From assembly GCF_009914755.1 (NCBI RefSeq), contig NC_060927.1: a stretch of DNA of 64,000 nt, one strand, 5' to 3'. The DNA is from the human T2T-CHM13v2.0 reference genome, Homo sapiens. Positions 1-17,700 of the stretch are shown one piece after another. Numbering within the stretch: position 1 is the stretch's first letter; each line of letters opens with the position of its first letter. The position numbers and the translations under genes were made by a program. The notes under the pieces were generated by a model. That model saw only the letters and a program-made list of their open reading frames with translations, made no database searches and had not been told where the DNA came from.

Positions 1-630
<630 letters not shown>

Positions 631-799
631 TTCTCTCCTTTAAATCTTTGCTCAACTATTTCCTGCCCAGATAATCCTTGACCTCATTATTTAACATGTC
701 ACCCACCTCCCGGCTTACACACACACATGCACACACACACCACAGCCCTCCCTGCTTTCAGTCCTTCTCTGCCTTTAGCACCATTCGATACTCCACTGT

Positions 800-935
800 C
801 AGGATTTGTCTGGTTTGTGTGAGTTCTACACAAAGGGCAGAGGTTTCCACTGCCTTCTCCACTGCAGTGTTCCCAGCACCTAGAACAGAGCCTGACACAC
901 AGTCGGTGCTCAGTAAATGCTGAGAGAATGAAAGG
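800..935 (+). mobile_element. L2 3' end fragment
   Basis: cccagcacctagaacagagcctgacacacagtcggtgctcagtaaatgctg...gaatgaa. Confidence 0.65.
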
Positions 936-1924
936 AGGATGCAACAGACTCCTGCGACACACTCACCCCTAACATGCACTCTCTCCCACACACTGCCAGC
1001 AGCCCCCATCCACACACACTCACTCTCACACACACTCAGGACTCCCCACACAACACAGCCCCTTGGACAGTCTGATCCACGCAGGCCTTCCAAGTTGCTC
1101 TCACCCCACCACATCCCCCCTGCCACGCAGACACGCGCATCCACACGAGGTCATGAAAAGGCGCCCCCTGGAGCTGCCCTGACTCCTGGGTCCTGGCCTG
1201 CAAGGTGTTTCCCATCCAGTGTGGCCCACTCCCCACTCAAAGCCTTTGATCTCCCCCACATTTCTATATCTGGGGCCCCCAGCCTCTCTGCAGGGCTTTG
1301 CTCTCTCTTCACATCAAGCCTGCGTGAATCATCTCCTCGAGGAAGCCTCCCCTCTCTATCCTCATCAGGCTCCAGGACTCAGGGGAGGGGCCCTGGCCCC
1401 AGAGCAGGGGATAGAATGGGGCAGGGGTCTGCAGGTGTGTGCACCTCCCTCCACCACGCAGGGATTGCACGCTGTCTTCTGCTGAGGAGCCCGGGGCTAT
1501 CCCCACAAAGCCTCTACCTCTGACCTAGAGCCACACTGCTGGCAGAGTGGCTCAGTTTCACCATCGGAGTCAGGGCAAGGGGTCAGCTCTGACAGCCTGG
1601 GGACAAAGTTAGCTCCTGCCCTGCCACCCATTCCCAATGTCACTCAGGCAAGGCCATTCCCTGTGCTGGGCCTCAGCTTTCCCACCCGTGACAGGGTGGC
1701 TCTGGGCCAATGCCCCATGGTCACCCAATTGGTGGACATGCAGTGAGACAGCTCAGACAGTGCTCTCAGGCTCCCAGCAGCCCGCATACCTGTGTTAGCG
1801 GCCCCAGCATGGCTGCCTCCTGCAGAAGGCTAGGTGAGGGGCAAGCGCAACAGAGAAGCACTCGGCCTCCTCCAGCTCAGCGTCCATGGGCCACAGAATT
1901 CACATAGGCAAGCCAAGGGCCACA

Positions 1925-2280
1925 GAGAGGAAAGAAGGAGAGAGGGAAAGAAGGAGGAAAGGGAAGAGGGGAAGGAGAAATGTGGGACAAAGAGGGAAAG
2001 GAAGGAAGGAAGGAGGGGAGGGAGGGAGAAAAGGAGGGAGGAAGGAAAAAAAGGGGGAAGGAAGAAGGAAAAGAGGAAAGGAAGAAAGGAAAGGAGGGAA
2101 GAAGGGGAAGAAGGGGAGGAAAATGGGAGGGAAGGCAGGAAAGAAGAAAGGACGAAAGGGAGGGAGGTGGGTAGGAAGGGAGGGAGGGAGAAAAGGAAGA
2201 AAAAAGAGGAGGGGAGGGAAGGAAGGAGAGAAGGAAAAAAGAGAGGGAGGAAGGGAAATAAGTCAGAAAGGAAGGCCGGC
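1925..2280 (+). repeat. Purine-rich (GGAA/GGGA)n low-complexity tract
   Basis: About 350 bp that is almost entirely A/G. Confidence 0.95.
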
Positions 2281-2499
2281 AAGAAGCCATTTATTCATGA
2301 GGCCCATGGGGTGGGGACAGAGCTGCTGTCACAGGTAAGCACAGCCTGAGAGGGGCCAGAGACGGCAACCACGTGGAGAGGTCCAAGGGTTTTTGCAGGA
2401 GTCTTGGTAAGGCTCCCCTCCTTCCCACGACTCCAGGCCGCTGGTGTCAGCATCACACATGGGAGATGAGACGTCCCTGCACAGCCTTCCCTGGGCTTC
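2270..2499 (-). other. MYL3: MYL3 exon 7 (3' UTR only)
   Basis: Acceptor ctttgctctcag|GAAG at 2500/2499; AATAAA on the - strand at 2290-2295. The 3' end is approximate. Confidence 0.85.
2290..2295 (-). terminator. MYL3: MYL3 polyadenylation signal AATAAA
   Basis: tttatt on the + strand, followed on the - strand by U/C-rich sequence. Confidence 0.85.
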
Positions 2500-2641
2500 C
2501 TGAGAGCAAAGGCAGTGCAGATTACAGAGGAGGAGGGAGACGGAGGCAGCAGGATGTCAAGTGAGCACTGCAGCTGGTGGAGTGTGGGCAGGTGGCAGCA
2601 GCGGGTTCAGGAGGGAGTGGGTGCCTACCTGGGCACGAGGT

Positions 2642-7970
<5,329 letters not shown>

Positions 7971-8082
7971 TGGGGAGGGCATTGTTCAGGCTCAGGAATG
8001 GGTAGTGGAGGAGGGATCTCCATTCCTCCCAATCACCTGTTGGGAAGGGGGAGGGAGAGAGGGGGACAAAGGCCACTGCTTA

Positions 8083-8660
8083 ACACACACATACACACAT
8101 ACACACACACTCATCTGCACACCCGCACATACCCACACAGGGCCCTGCTGCCTCTCTGCAGGTCCGTAAGTTGAAGAGGTGAAGAAGGGTGGACCAAGTA
8201 CATGCTACGTGTTGTGTTGGGGCCAGAAGGACTGGGATGATCTAAGGGCACCTCTGAACTTAAGCTCTCCAAAGTCCCCTGTGTCTGTGTCTGTGTCTAT
8301 GACCGTGTCCATGTGGGGGAAGGCGGAAGTCAGCATGTGTCTGTGTGTGTTGTCTGTGTCTGTGTCGGGGTGTCTATGTGTCTGTGGGTCTCTCTGTGTC
8401 TGTGTTTGTGTGGAGGGGGGTCTGTGTACACCTGTGTGTATTGTCTGGGTGCCTCCGTGGTGGGGGGCTCTGTGCGTGCCTATGTGTGCTCCGTATCTGT
8501 GTCTATGTAAGGGATGGCCCGGGTGTCTGCATTTGTCTCTGTGGGTCTGGGTCTTTATGTGTGCGTGGTGTGTCTATGTGTCTATGTGAGTGTGTCTGCG
8601 GGTGTTGCTTCTGTGTGTTTATGTCTGGGTGTTTACATGTGTCTGTATGTGAGTGTCTGG
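8083..8660. repeat. (CA)n and degenerate (TG/TC)n repeats upstream of MYL3
   Basis: acacacacatacacac at 8083-8140; gtgtctgtgt tracts at 8280-8660. Confidence 0.85.
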
Positions 8661-11364
8661 TCATGGCAGGCAGCTGTAGCCCTGGCTATGGGTCCAAGGG
8701 TCTCCAGGAACCCCCACAAAGGGCAAGAGAAAGGATGCTGCTCCCTCTAGGGCAGTCGCCCCAGGCCAGTTCAGCAGCCTCCCTCTTCAGCCCCTGCTGG
8801 CCCAGGGACCAGTTTCTCAGCTTTCACCCCTAGATTCCTACTTCCCCTCTCTACAGGCCCCAGGGATGCACATTTCCCTACACACCCCAGGCCTGGCTCC
8901 CCACTGCACCCTCTGCCCAGAGTGCCCTCGCCCCCTCTGCCTGACATATTCAAGGCTTGGCTCTACTGGCCCTCTTCCAGAAAGCTCTCTCCAATGCTAT
9001 TCCACTGCCACATGTTGCCCTCTGCCGACCCTTTTGGCAGGGGCTCTGAGAGGGTCTGCCTCTCTGAGGAACCCCAAGCTGCCAAGCAGGGTCTGCCCCA
9101 GTGCAGTGATGCTCATTCCCTGTTCCTACCACTCAGTGCCCACCCCCAGTGCCCATCCTGCAGTGCCCGGCCCCCAGGGTCCATCCCAAGCCCAGCCTTC
9201 AGCAGATGACAGTGACAGAGTACAGCCTGACGGGACTGCCACTTGGGGAGGTGGGAGGGCTGAGGTGGCACAAGGCTCTTCCCGCATGGGGACGCCAACA
9301 GTGGGGACATCTTGTAAACACATTGGGCTCTGTTCCTTGCCCAGCATCTGTGCCTGGGGGGTGGGAAGGAGGTGCTCCTGGTTACTTTTAAGTGCCTGGA
9401 GCCTTTGATAGAAACTTCAAAGCCAGGGATTTCCCTGGTGTGGCAAGGGGCTAAGCCTGAGGCTGAGAGGTGCTGTGGGGCCCAGGGCCTCTACCTGGCA
9501 CGCCCTGCTGTCTTCCTACTGGGCCCAGTCCCTCTCATCCTGTCACTCCGCCTCACAGGGAGGGACAGCAGTCCAGGGCTGGGGCCAGCCCGCTCCTGAC
9601 TGGAACACGTTCTGCCTCTCATCTGGAGGGCAGAACACCCACATCTGGAAATCTGACAACATCCGGGACTGGCGGGGGGGCAAGTTTTTCACTTTTCTTC
9701 CAAATGTTTGGCAACAGTATTGAGAAAGAAAGGGGTGGGGGGATGGTCAGTGGAGACGAGCCAGAAATACCACAAGAGGAGAAGACAGCCAGAGGGCCAC
9801 ACAGAGGGGCCCCGGGGAGGCCCCACCACCCAGGCCTGCCGACCCTCAGGACAACGGGCTCTGGAAGTCACACGGGAGCCCCAGCCACCCACAGACACCG
9901 CCAACAAGACCAATTTCCTTGTGTTCATCATGAGGGAAGCAGAGGGCCAGAGCAGAGGACATATACAGGGCCCTCTCTCCCATCTCATTTCTTTCATCCT
10001 CACACAATTACCACCCCTTGGAAACCACCCAACGTTGGCCCAAATGGGGGTAAGCCAGTGACAAGAGCATCCTGGGCCTCAGTGTCCAGGTCTGTGATCT
10101 GGGATGGGCAGGCTCATGCAGCCAGCCAGAGCCACATAGTGCCACCTTCCTCCACCTGTGTGTGGCAGAGTCAAGGCAGTGGCTTGGGCCCCTCCTGTCA
10201 CACACAGGGCAAACGTGGTCCTGCAGCAGGGACAGGGTGCACAGAGCCATCCTCACTCCCTCATCAGGACCCAGATGAAGGCTAGGGCCAGGATGGTGAC
10301 TGCCTGAGCTCTGATTCTGGGCATGTCCCTGCTGGCTTGGGAACAACAGTGCCCCAGGACTCACCCACAGGCCCACCCTCAAACCTATAACAACTGCCTA
10401 GCCCCCAGTAGGCACTCTTCAGGACCAGCCAGAGCCCTCCCAGGCACACCGAGACCAGGAGCAAGGCATGGGGTGAACAGGAGGCAGGAAGGTGGGCAGG
10501 GAGTTGGGGGTGGAGGGAGGGAGGGTGGGCAGCAGTTGGCGGTAAGAACAGGCCACACCATGCCTGGCACTTCCCTCTCTCTCCCACATCCCAACCTGAG
10601 CTTTGTGCCCTTCAGGAGTCAGCCTAGCAGGCAGGATCTGGGCAGGGCCTCGGGGGCCTGGAGAGCCAGGGCTGGGGGTCTGGGTCCTACTGCTTCAGCT
10701 CCCAAAGCTCTGATGTCTGAGCTGCAGCCCAGTGTGCTGCAGGCTGGCACACGCCATGTCCCAGAGCCCTCTCAGGCAGCCACTTACCTCTCCCTTCCCC
10801 CAGCCAAGGGGAATGCGGGGAAGATATGGGCCCTGACTTCTGAGGAGCCTGTGGACTAAGGCAGGAAAGCCCGGCCACGCCGGCCTTCTTCTGGGCTCTT
10901 GTTACCTGGCGTCTTCCGTGTGTCCGCCTTCCTATGAATGTCAGCCATCACAGGAGGGAGGAATGTTCTGCTCTTCCACAGCTACATTTTCCCAGGACCT
11001 GGTACACCACAGGCATTCAATAAATGCTGGATGAACAAATGTTCCAAATATCTCAGTTTACCCACCTCTCACAGAGGTACTGGAACCCCTTGCTAAACCC
11101 TGTCCTGGAGTGGGCCCGGAGAGATGGGGAGATTTGCCAACTGACTGACAGGAGCTCTGGCGGTGCAGAGGGCACTCTGGGACAGTAGTGCGGCCAGCAG
11201 CTGCCTCCAAGCCCACCCACCACTTCCCCATGCCCACCCCAATTCAGGCGTGCTCTTCACAGACTAAAGAGGTGAGGGTGACCCCTGTGGTACAGGCAGT
11301 GACTGGACCACGATCAGCCAGCAGGGGGCGCAGAAGGGATGGGAACCGACCTTTGGTTCCTGAA

Positions 11365-11725
11365 CTCAAACCCCAGAACCCAGAATCCCAACCCAGACCC
11401 CAGATCAGGAAACCGGAACCCCAAGCTCAGACCCCAGACTCAGGTCTCACAATTTGAGTGCCAAACTCAGAACCCAGAACCCAGATTCCAGGACTAGACC
11501 CCACTGTGGAGACCTAGACCCAGATCCTGGCACCCAAACCCTGACCAAAGACTCCAAGACCCAGGATGGTAAACCCGGACCTTCAACCCAGACTCCGGAC
11601 CCCAGACCCCAGACACAGGAACCAGGATTCTAAACCCAGACCCCAGATCCAGGACTCAAGCCCCAGGACTCTAAACCCAGACTTCCAGGACTGCAAACCC
11701 AAACCCCAGACCCAGGACCCAGGAC
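11365..11725 (+). repeat. Degenerate 7-bp tandem repeat (CCCAGAM-like)
   Basis: cccagaa/cccagac/cccagga units recurring with about 7-nt period. Confidence 0.8.
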
Positions 11726-14700
11726 AAGGGCTGACGGATTTCCAGATCAGCGTGGCCCTGTGTGGACAAGGCCAGTGGGAAGGGGCACCGGGGGGTCACA
11801 CTCTTGGCAACAGCGGGGGTAGCTGCTTGGCAGACCTCCCTGGTAGCGTTCAGAAGGGCATGAAGAATGTCCATCATCCTGTCAGAGCCAATTTGGGGAG
11901 CTCAGACTATGGTTGCCACGTGGAGGGTGGGCAGAAGGAGGTAAGGGCCAGCTGTCCCCTGGGCCTAAGAGCCAGAGGCAGGGAAACAGGGTCGGGCTCC
12001 CCACGTGCCCTTGTCCCCTGGGCCGCAGTCTCCGCAGGCAGCCATGGCCCGCCCTGGCCTGCCGGTCCCGCCCCTCCTGGCCCACAGCCTCTGGGCTGGG
12101 ACGCAGGCCCACACTTCCCGGAGGAGTCGAGAACACGGCCTGGGCCAGACCCAGAGCCTTAGAAGTAGGTCAAATGTTGCCGCGCAGCAGGTCCTGGGGA
12201 CCCTGTCCTGGTGTGGGCAGGCCCGTAGGCTGCAGCTCACTTACCAGGGCCCACTTGTGTGTCCACATAGATGTGAACCCACCGCTACACACTGGACACC
12301 CATGAACACAGACCCCACGCGGGGCCCCTAGGTCCCTGTCCAGTTGCACAGATGGGGAGACCGTGGCCCCAAGGAGGCAAGAGCTGCCCAGCAATTCTGA
12401 CTAGAGATGGCACGAGGCAGGTACAAGGACCAGCAGAAGGAGATAAATTTCTACACCATCCCATGGCCCTGGAGCCTCAGATGAAAGTCTGACTCCTAGG
12501 AGGACTTCCCAGCAAAGCCGCTCTGCCACTAACAGGATGGGGCCCACCTCCCAGAGGCACAACCCCGGGCCTTGAGAGATGGAAAAGAGTACCCAAGGGG
12601 AAGGCAGTAGACTCCCTATGCTCCTGTGACCCGGGCTGGTCCCTGCTCCTCTTGGCCTCAGTTTCCCCACCTGTACCATGGCCATGGGTGGGGCACTGTG
12701 ATTCCAGGTTCAGAGGACAGTCTCTGCCCCTGAGTCCCAGCCCATCCTCACTACCCCCACACCACACACAGACAACTCTGTCCTCGAGCAGGCCAAACAC
12801 AACCCTCAGGCCCCTCCCTCTGCCCACTGTGCTGACGGGGACCAGATGCTCCAACCTTGTGGTTCTAGGGGTGGGGGTGGCAGGGCCCAGCGGGCTGGCA
12901 GGCAAACCCTGGTTTTGGCCCAGGGACCTATAATCAGCTCCTGCCCCTCTGATCCCGGCCCAGGACTGACGCTTAGGGCTGTGGTGTCCTGGCCGGCTGT
13001 GGCCACGGCCGCTATATTTGGGAGCCCAATTCAGCATGAGGGAGGGGTGGGCAGGCAGAAGCCTCTAGGGACCCAAGCCTCATGGGGGACAGGATGGGGA
13101 CAGCATTGGCCAGGCTTGGTCCATTCTGGAAGAAGGGCATGGCCCTGACTTCTCAGGGGCCTGGACTGGGGGACCTCAGCCCCACTCTCAGCAGCTAGTC
13201 TCAGGAGGGAGATTGAAAATGTGTCTGGAGATACTGCACCCCTGTTTAGTCCAAAGAGTGAGCATCAGTTGGGTCTGTGCATTCTGGGTGCATGAGATGG
13301 AGTCTCGGGCTGCCAAGGGTTTGTGGGAGCTCTGGATGGGTGAGGTTCGGGATACCGGGGTCTGGGATGGGAGGAGGGGGTGCCAATGTGCTAATCAAAG
13401 GAACTGAGAAAACAAAGGCCTGGGGCTTGGGTCAGGAGGAATGGAGCAAGATGCAGCCCTGAGCCCCAGCTCCCCAGCTCTGCCTGCTGGTCCAGCTTCC
13501 GGACAGGGGCCCGGCCCCTCCCCCCACAGCATGGCCTGTGGCCTCCCTGAACTGCCCTGGACATTCCCTGCCACTGGGCCAAACCCTGTACTCTCCCACC
13601 AGCAGCTTCCCAAAGAGCAAATATTTATTGTCCTTGGAAGAAAAAAAAAGACTCCCCTTTTAGGATCGGGGTCTGGGAGCTGCTATTGAGGTTTGCAGGG
13701 GCTCAGCAGCGGCCTGAAATGACCAGAAGCCCCACCTAGACGGGCTGAGGAAGAAAGGAGGGTGTTCCATGAGCCGGCCTTGGAGGAGACTGCAAAGGCT
13801 GCCCTGGGTGCTGGGCTGGGGCTCTGCCCAGCGCTGCACCCTGGGCCACATTCCTCCCTCCCCTTGCCTCCATTTCCCCAAGGTTTCCCCAGAATAGGTG
13901 TGAGGACATGCAGACACTGCCACACGAGGTGTGAACATGTGTGACTGGACGGGTGTGGATAGTCTATGTGTGTGTAACCATGGACAAGAGGATGAGGCCA
14001 CACGTGTGATTGTGTGGGAGTGTGTCGTCTTGCGTGCTTCCACGTGTCACCATGGGCACGAGGCTGTGACTCTGCGTGGGCGTGAGCATGTCTGCGTGCT
14101 CCTGGCTCTGTGTGCATGTCTGTCTGCAAGCCTGTTCATCTGTTGGCATGGGTGGGGAAGGGGCATGTGGACACAACCTCTGTTGAATGGCCAATTCAGT
14201 CAAAAATGCAAGTAAATTTAGCAGGAGAAAAAAAAACCCGTCAGTCAGACGAGGAGTCTGAATTGAGTGGTTGTTTGAGTGGATGGACCGACTGTCTCAG
14301 GCAAACAGTTCACACTGGCTGGGAGGAGGAACCGGCTCCCCTGGGCCATCACGGAGAAACTGGAGACAGGGACCCTTGGCTATGGCAGAGGTGAGACACA
14401 GAGACTGAGACAGAGATGGGAGGATGGAGAGAGACAGAGAAAGAGAGAGATGGGGCAGTCAGAAACAGGGGGGAGAGAGGGTTGGTAGGAGGGTCAGGGA
14501 CAAATGTTGCCCCAGGAAAGGATGTACCTTCCTGGAGCCTGCAGACACGTACGCATGCACACCATCATGCCACCCCTCACCCCGGCTCCCAGCCAGCATA
14601 ACCCAAATTCATTCCCACCTCTCACCCATCCTCAAGCAGCTCCAAGTGGACAAGAAGTGGGCACCAGACCAGGATGCAAGGAGAGAGGGTGGGCATGGGC

Positions 14701-17700
14701 ACCTGGACAGAGGGACAGGATGACAGATGAAGAAGGCAGTGCCGAGGACAGGGACAACAGTGATGGAGGTGAAGACAGGAGGGTGACAAGAAGGCCACAG
14801 TGGTGGTGACAGTGAAGAGGGAGTGCTGGCTGGGAGGACCTCCCTGACCCCTTGCAGACCCCACCTAGCCATGGTGGCCCCCTACACCCAGGGCTCTCCC
14901 CACTCTGCCCCCGCCAGAACCAGCTGTGGCCTTGCCTCCAGTGGCCATACAAAAATCCTCTGTGGCCCAGGGTGTGGATGCTGCAATAAAAATGGCCCAA
15001 GCTCCCAGCCAGGAATAGTTAGGGTCAACTCTGGTACCTGCCTGTGTGAGTATTTATGTATCCACCCTCCCAGTGTGGCTATGTCTGAAACACACACGCA
15101 CTATCCCCAGGCAGGCTAACCCACCCCTGATGTGTGTCTGTCTGGAGATACCTATGGGCCCCTAGACACTCCCTACTCCACCTACTCCACCTTTGCCTAG
15201 TCCCTTTCCACCAGTACTGGGACAGCAGGAATCACACTGAAATGTGTGTGTGCACACGTAGCTTCCTGGAGCCTGCAGACATGCACTCAGGAATCCTGGC
15301 CCAAGGGAGCTTGGGCCAAGAGCAGGCACGCTGTACCACACACCTTTACCATATATCCTCATGCTTCATAGAAACCTTTGCATGCATGTTCACGCGCCTG
15401 TGCACACATATCCACACTCCTTTGTACACATATACTTTTGCACACATGTATACACACATTCACATGCCTTTGCATACACATCCATGCACTCTCCCACATA
15501 CACCTAATGCACCACATCTTTTAGCTCACGGGTATAGAAAGAACACCCAGGTATAATTTCCAGGCAGAAATGAGCACTGGGAAGGAGGAGCAGGGCTGAA
15601 GGCAGCAGAAATCAGGGAACCCTACCAGGCCTGCCTGGCACGGTAGTGTCCGCATCTGTTTGTGTGTGAACGTGTGTGTCTGGACATTTGGGAGCTTTCC
15701 ACTGCCTCCTCTCACCCCACCCTACCCTGTTCACAGAAGGGGAAACAGAGGCCCAAGCAGAGTAGCTGAGCCGGGAGGTCAGCGTCCTGGTTTGGGGCTT
15801 TCGAGCTTCAGCATCTGTGTTGTTCTTGGCACATCCGGGCCAGATAAGGACGGGGTCAGAGCTTGGCTCTCGTGGGAAAGGACTCTCTGGAAGGCTCCCG
15901 ACCCATTCCTTTCCCAGATCTTGGACCCCAGTGCAAGCAGAGGGAAGACAAAAGGGAAGGAGAGATGGTTGGGAGACAGGCAAGCTCCCATCAGGTCAGC
16001 CTTGAGGGCTGTGGGGAGACCACAGCAGGTTCAGAGACTCACGGGTACCCAGGAATGTGTAATAACCCCCTCAGACCAGCACAAGAACCCCCAAATGCAG
16101 AGCCTAGAGCCTACGGGTAAGGGTGAGGCCAGGAGCCCAGCTCTCTGCAGCATCTGGCCTTGGAGCCCTCTGCTCCAGGGAGCCTCATGCGGTTTTAGAG
16201 CCAGGGCTGAGGTAAATACCTCTGTGCCCCAAAGGTCTGGAGCTCGGTTGGATGAGAAACTGTTCTGGGAGGACAGTGGAATGTTAGGAGACACTGGAGC
16301 ATCATCCTCCCATCCAAAGCTGATGAGGGTACAGGTCCTGGGATTGGGGTTGGGTTGGCTGGGGAGAGAGAACTCAGTTCTGGTGCTGGCCCCTTCACTG
16401 ACTCCTGGAACCTCTTCCCCTCTGGAGACCTCAGTGTTCACACCTGCACAGTGGGGCGAGAGTTCCCTAAAGGTGGGCTCAGCAGGTGCACGGTCCTCCC
16501 AGTGCAGCCAGGGTGGGGCATCCCTGGACCTGAGTGTCCTCCTTCCCCACTGCCTCAGCCTGTGCCCCTGGCCAGGTCTCAGTGAGGGGCAGAGGGCTGG
16601 AGCTTGAAGCCAAGACAACAGGGGAACAATTGGCTGGAATTCTGCATAAACAGAGGGGCTCATCCAAGGCTGCAGATGAGCTGGGAGGGGCTGGGGAGTT
16701 CCTGCGCCCCGAGGGAGCCCTGCCTAACAGTGAGCCCATCCATCCAAAGGGAGGCCCTGCCTTCGGGAGTCCTGGTCTGAGAGCATAAGCAGGACAGCCT
16801 CTGTGGGGGATTTAGCAGGGGATGCTGTAGGGCCCCAAGACCCCCCCCCTCAGCCCACCCCCAACCAGCATGCTCGTGGCCCCTGCCCCACCTAGAATCA
16901 TTGGAGATACACCTCCCAGGGGCAGGAAAACAAGGAGAAACCATCATTGATTGCGGCTGCCAGAAGCCGTCACCACCTCTCAGGCCCCTCCTCGCCTGAC
17001 CTTGGGGTCCAGAGAGAGGACATGCCAGTCTCCCCACTCCCATGGTCTCACAGCAGCAGCTGCAGGGACAGCCAGGCTGGTCTGGGATGGGGGTCGAGGG
17101 TGGGTCCTCTCTGCCAGCTCCAGGTTCAGCTGCTGTCTCAGGGTTAGGCTCCAGCTCAACCCCTGGGGCTGCTCCCTGGCTTTCTGAGAAGATGCCGTCA
17201 GGCAGATTCCATCTCATAACGTTTCCTGGAGGAAAACGTTCCGACAATGAGCGTTCCAACAATGAAGGGATCTGTCTCTGATCCTGGGGCCTGCTCATGA
17301 GGAAACTGAGCCTACCCATGGCAACTGAGAGACAAAGAGGTAAGGGAGCAGGGTGTTTGGAATCCACAGCTCTGGCCAATAGGTGTGCCCTCCCCCAAGA
17401 GATGGAGGCTTCTCAGCAGAGCCACAGAGATAACCTAGCCCCTGTCCTCAAGGGCTCGCCGTCTATTGGGACAGAGGCAGCAGCATATCATGCCGTGCTA
17501 AATTTTCTAGTCATACCAGGAGGTCTGAGGTCTCACTCTGCTGGGAGTTGAAAGGTGCAGATCCAGGAAGGCTTCAGAGAGGAGGGGGCCTTTGGAGGGC
17601 ATACAAGAGCCACCCAGGCAGAGAAGGGAAGGACAAGTCAGATGGCAAGAAGTGCAGGGGCAGAGGCCAAGAGCTCATGGAGGGTTCAGGGAATGGGAAC

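Noticed and set aside
1830-2349. Lys/Glu/Arg-rich and Phe/Ser/Pro-rich ORFs
   Set aside because: Translations of the GA-rich repeat.
9470-10285. 271-aa ORF upstream of MYL3
   Set aside because: No homology that I recognise, low-complexity composition and no splice support.
14528-15281. 20-bp direct repeat CTTCCTGGAGCCTGCAGACA, about 730 bp apart
   Set aside because: No element identifiable between the copies; cannot be tied to a TSD or a function.
15660-16607. 315-aa + strand ORF (and antisense ORFs 16031-16663 and 16660-17379)
   Set aside because: No recognisable domain, a GTG start in a TG-repeat context, overlap with a MIR-like fragment and no exon logic; long chance ORFs are common in GC-rich DNA.
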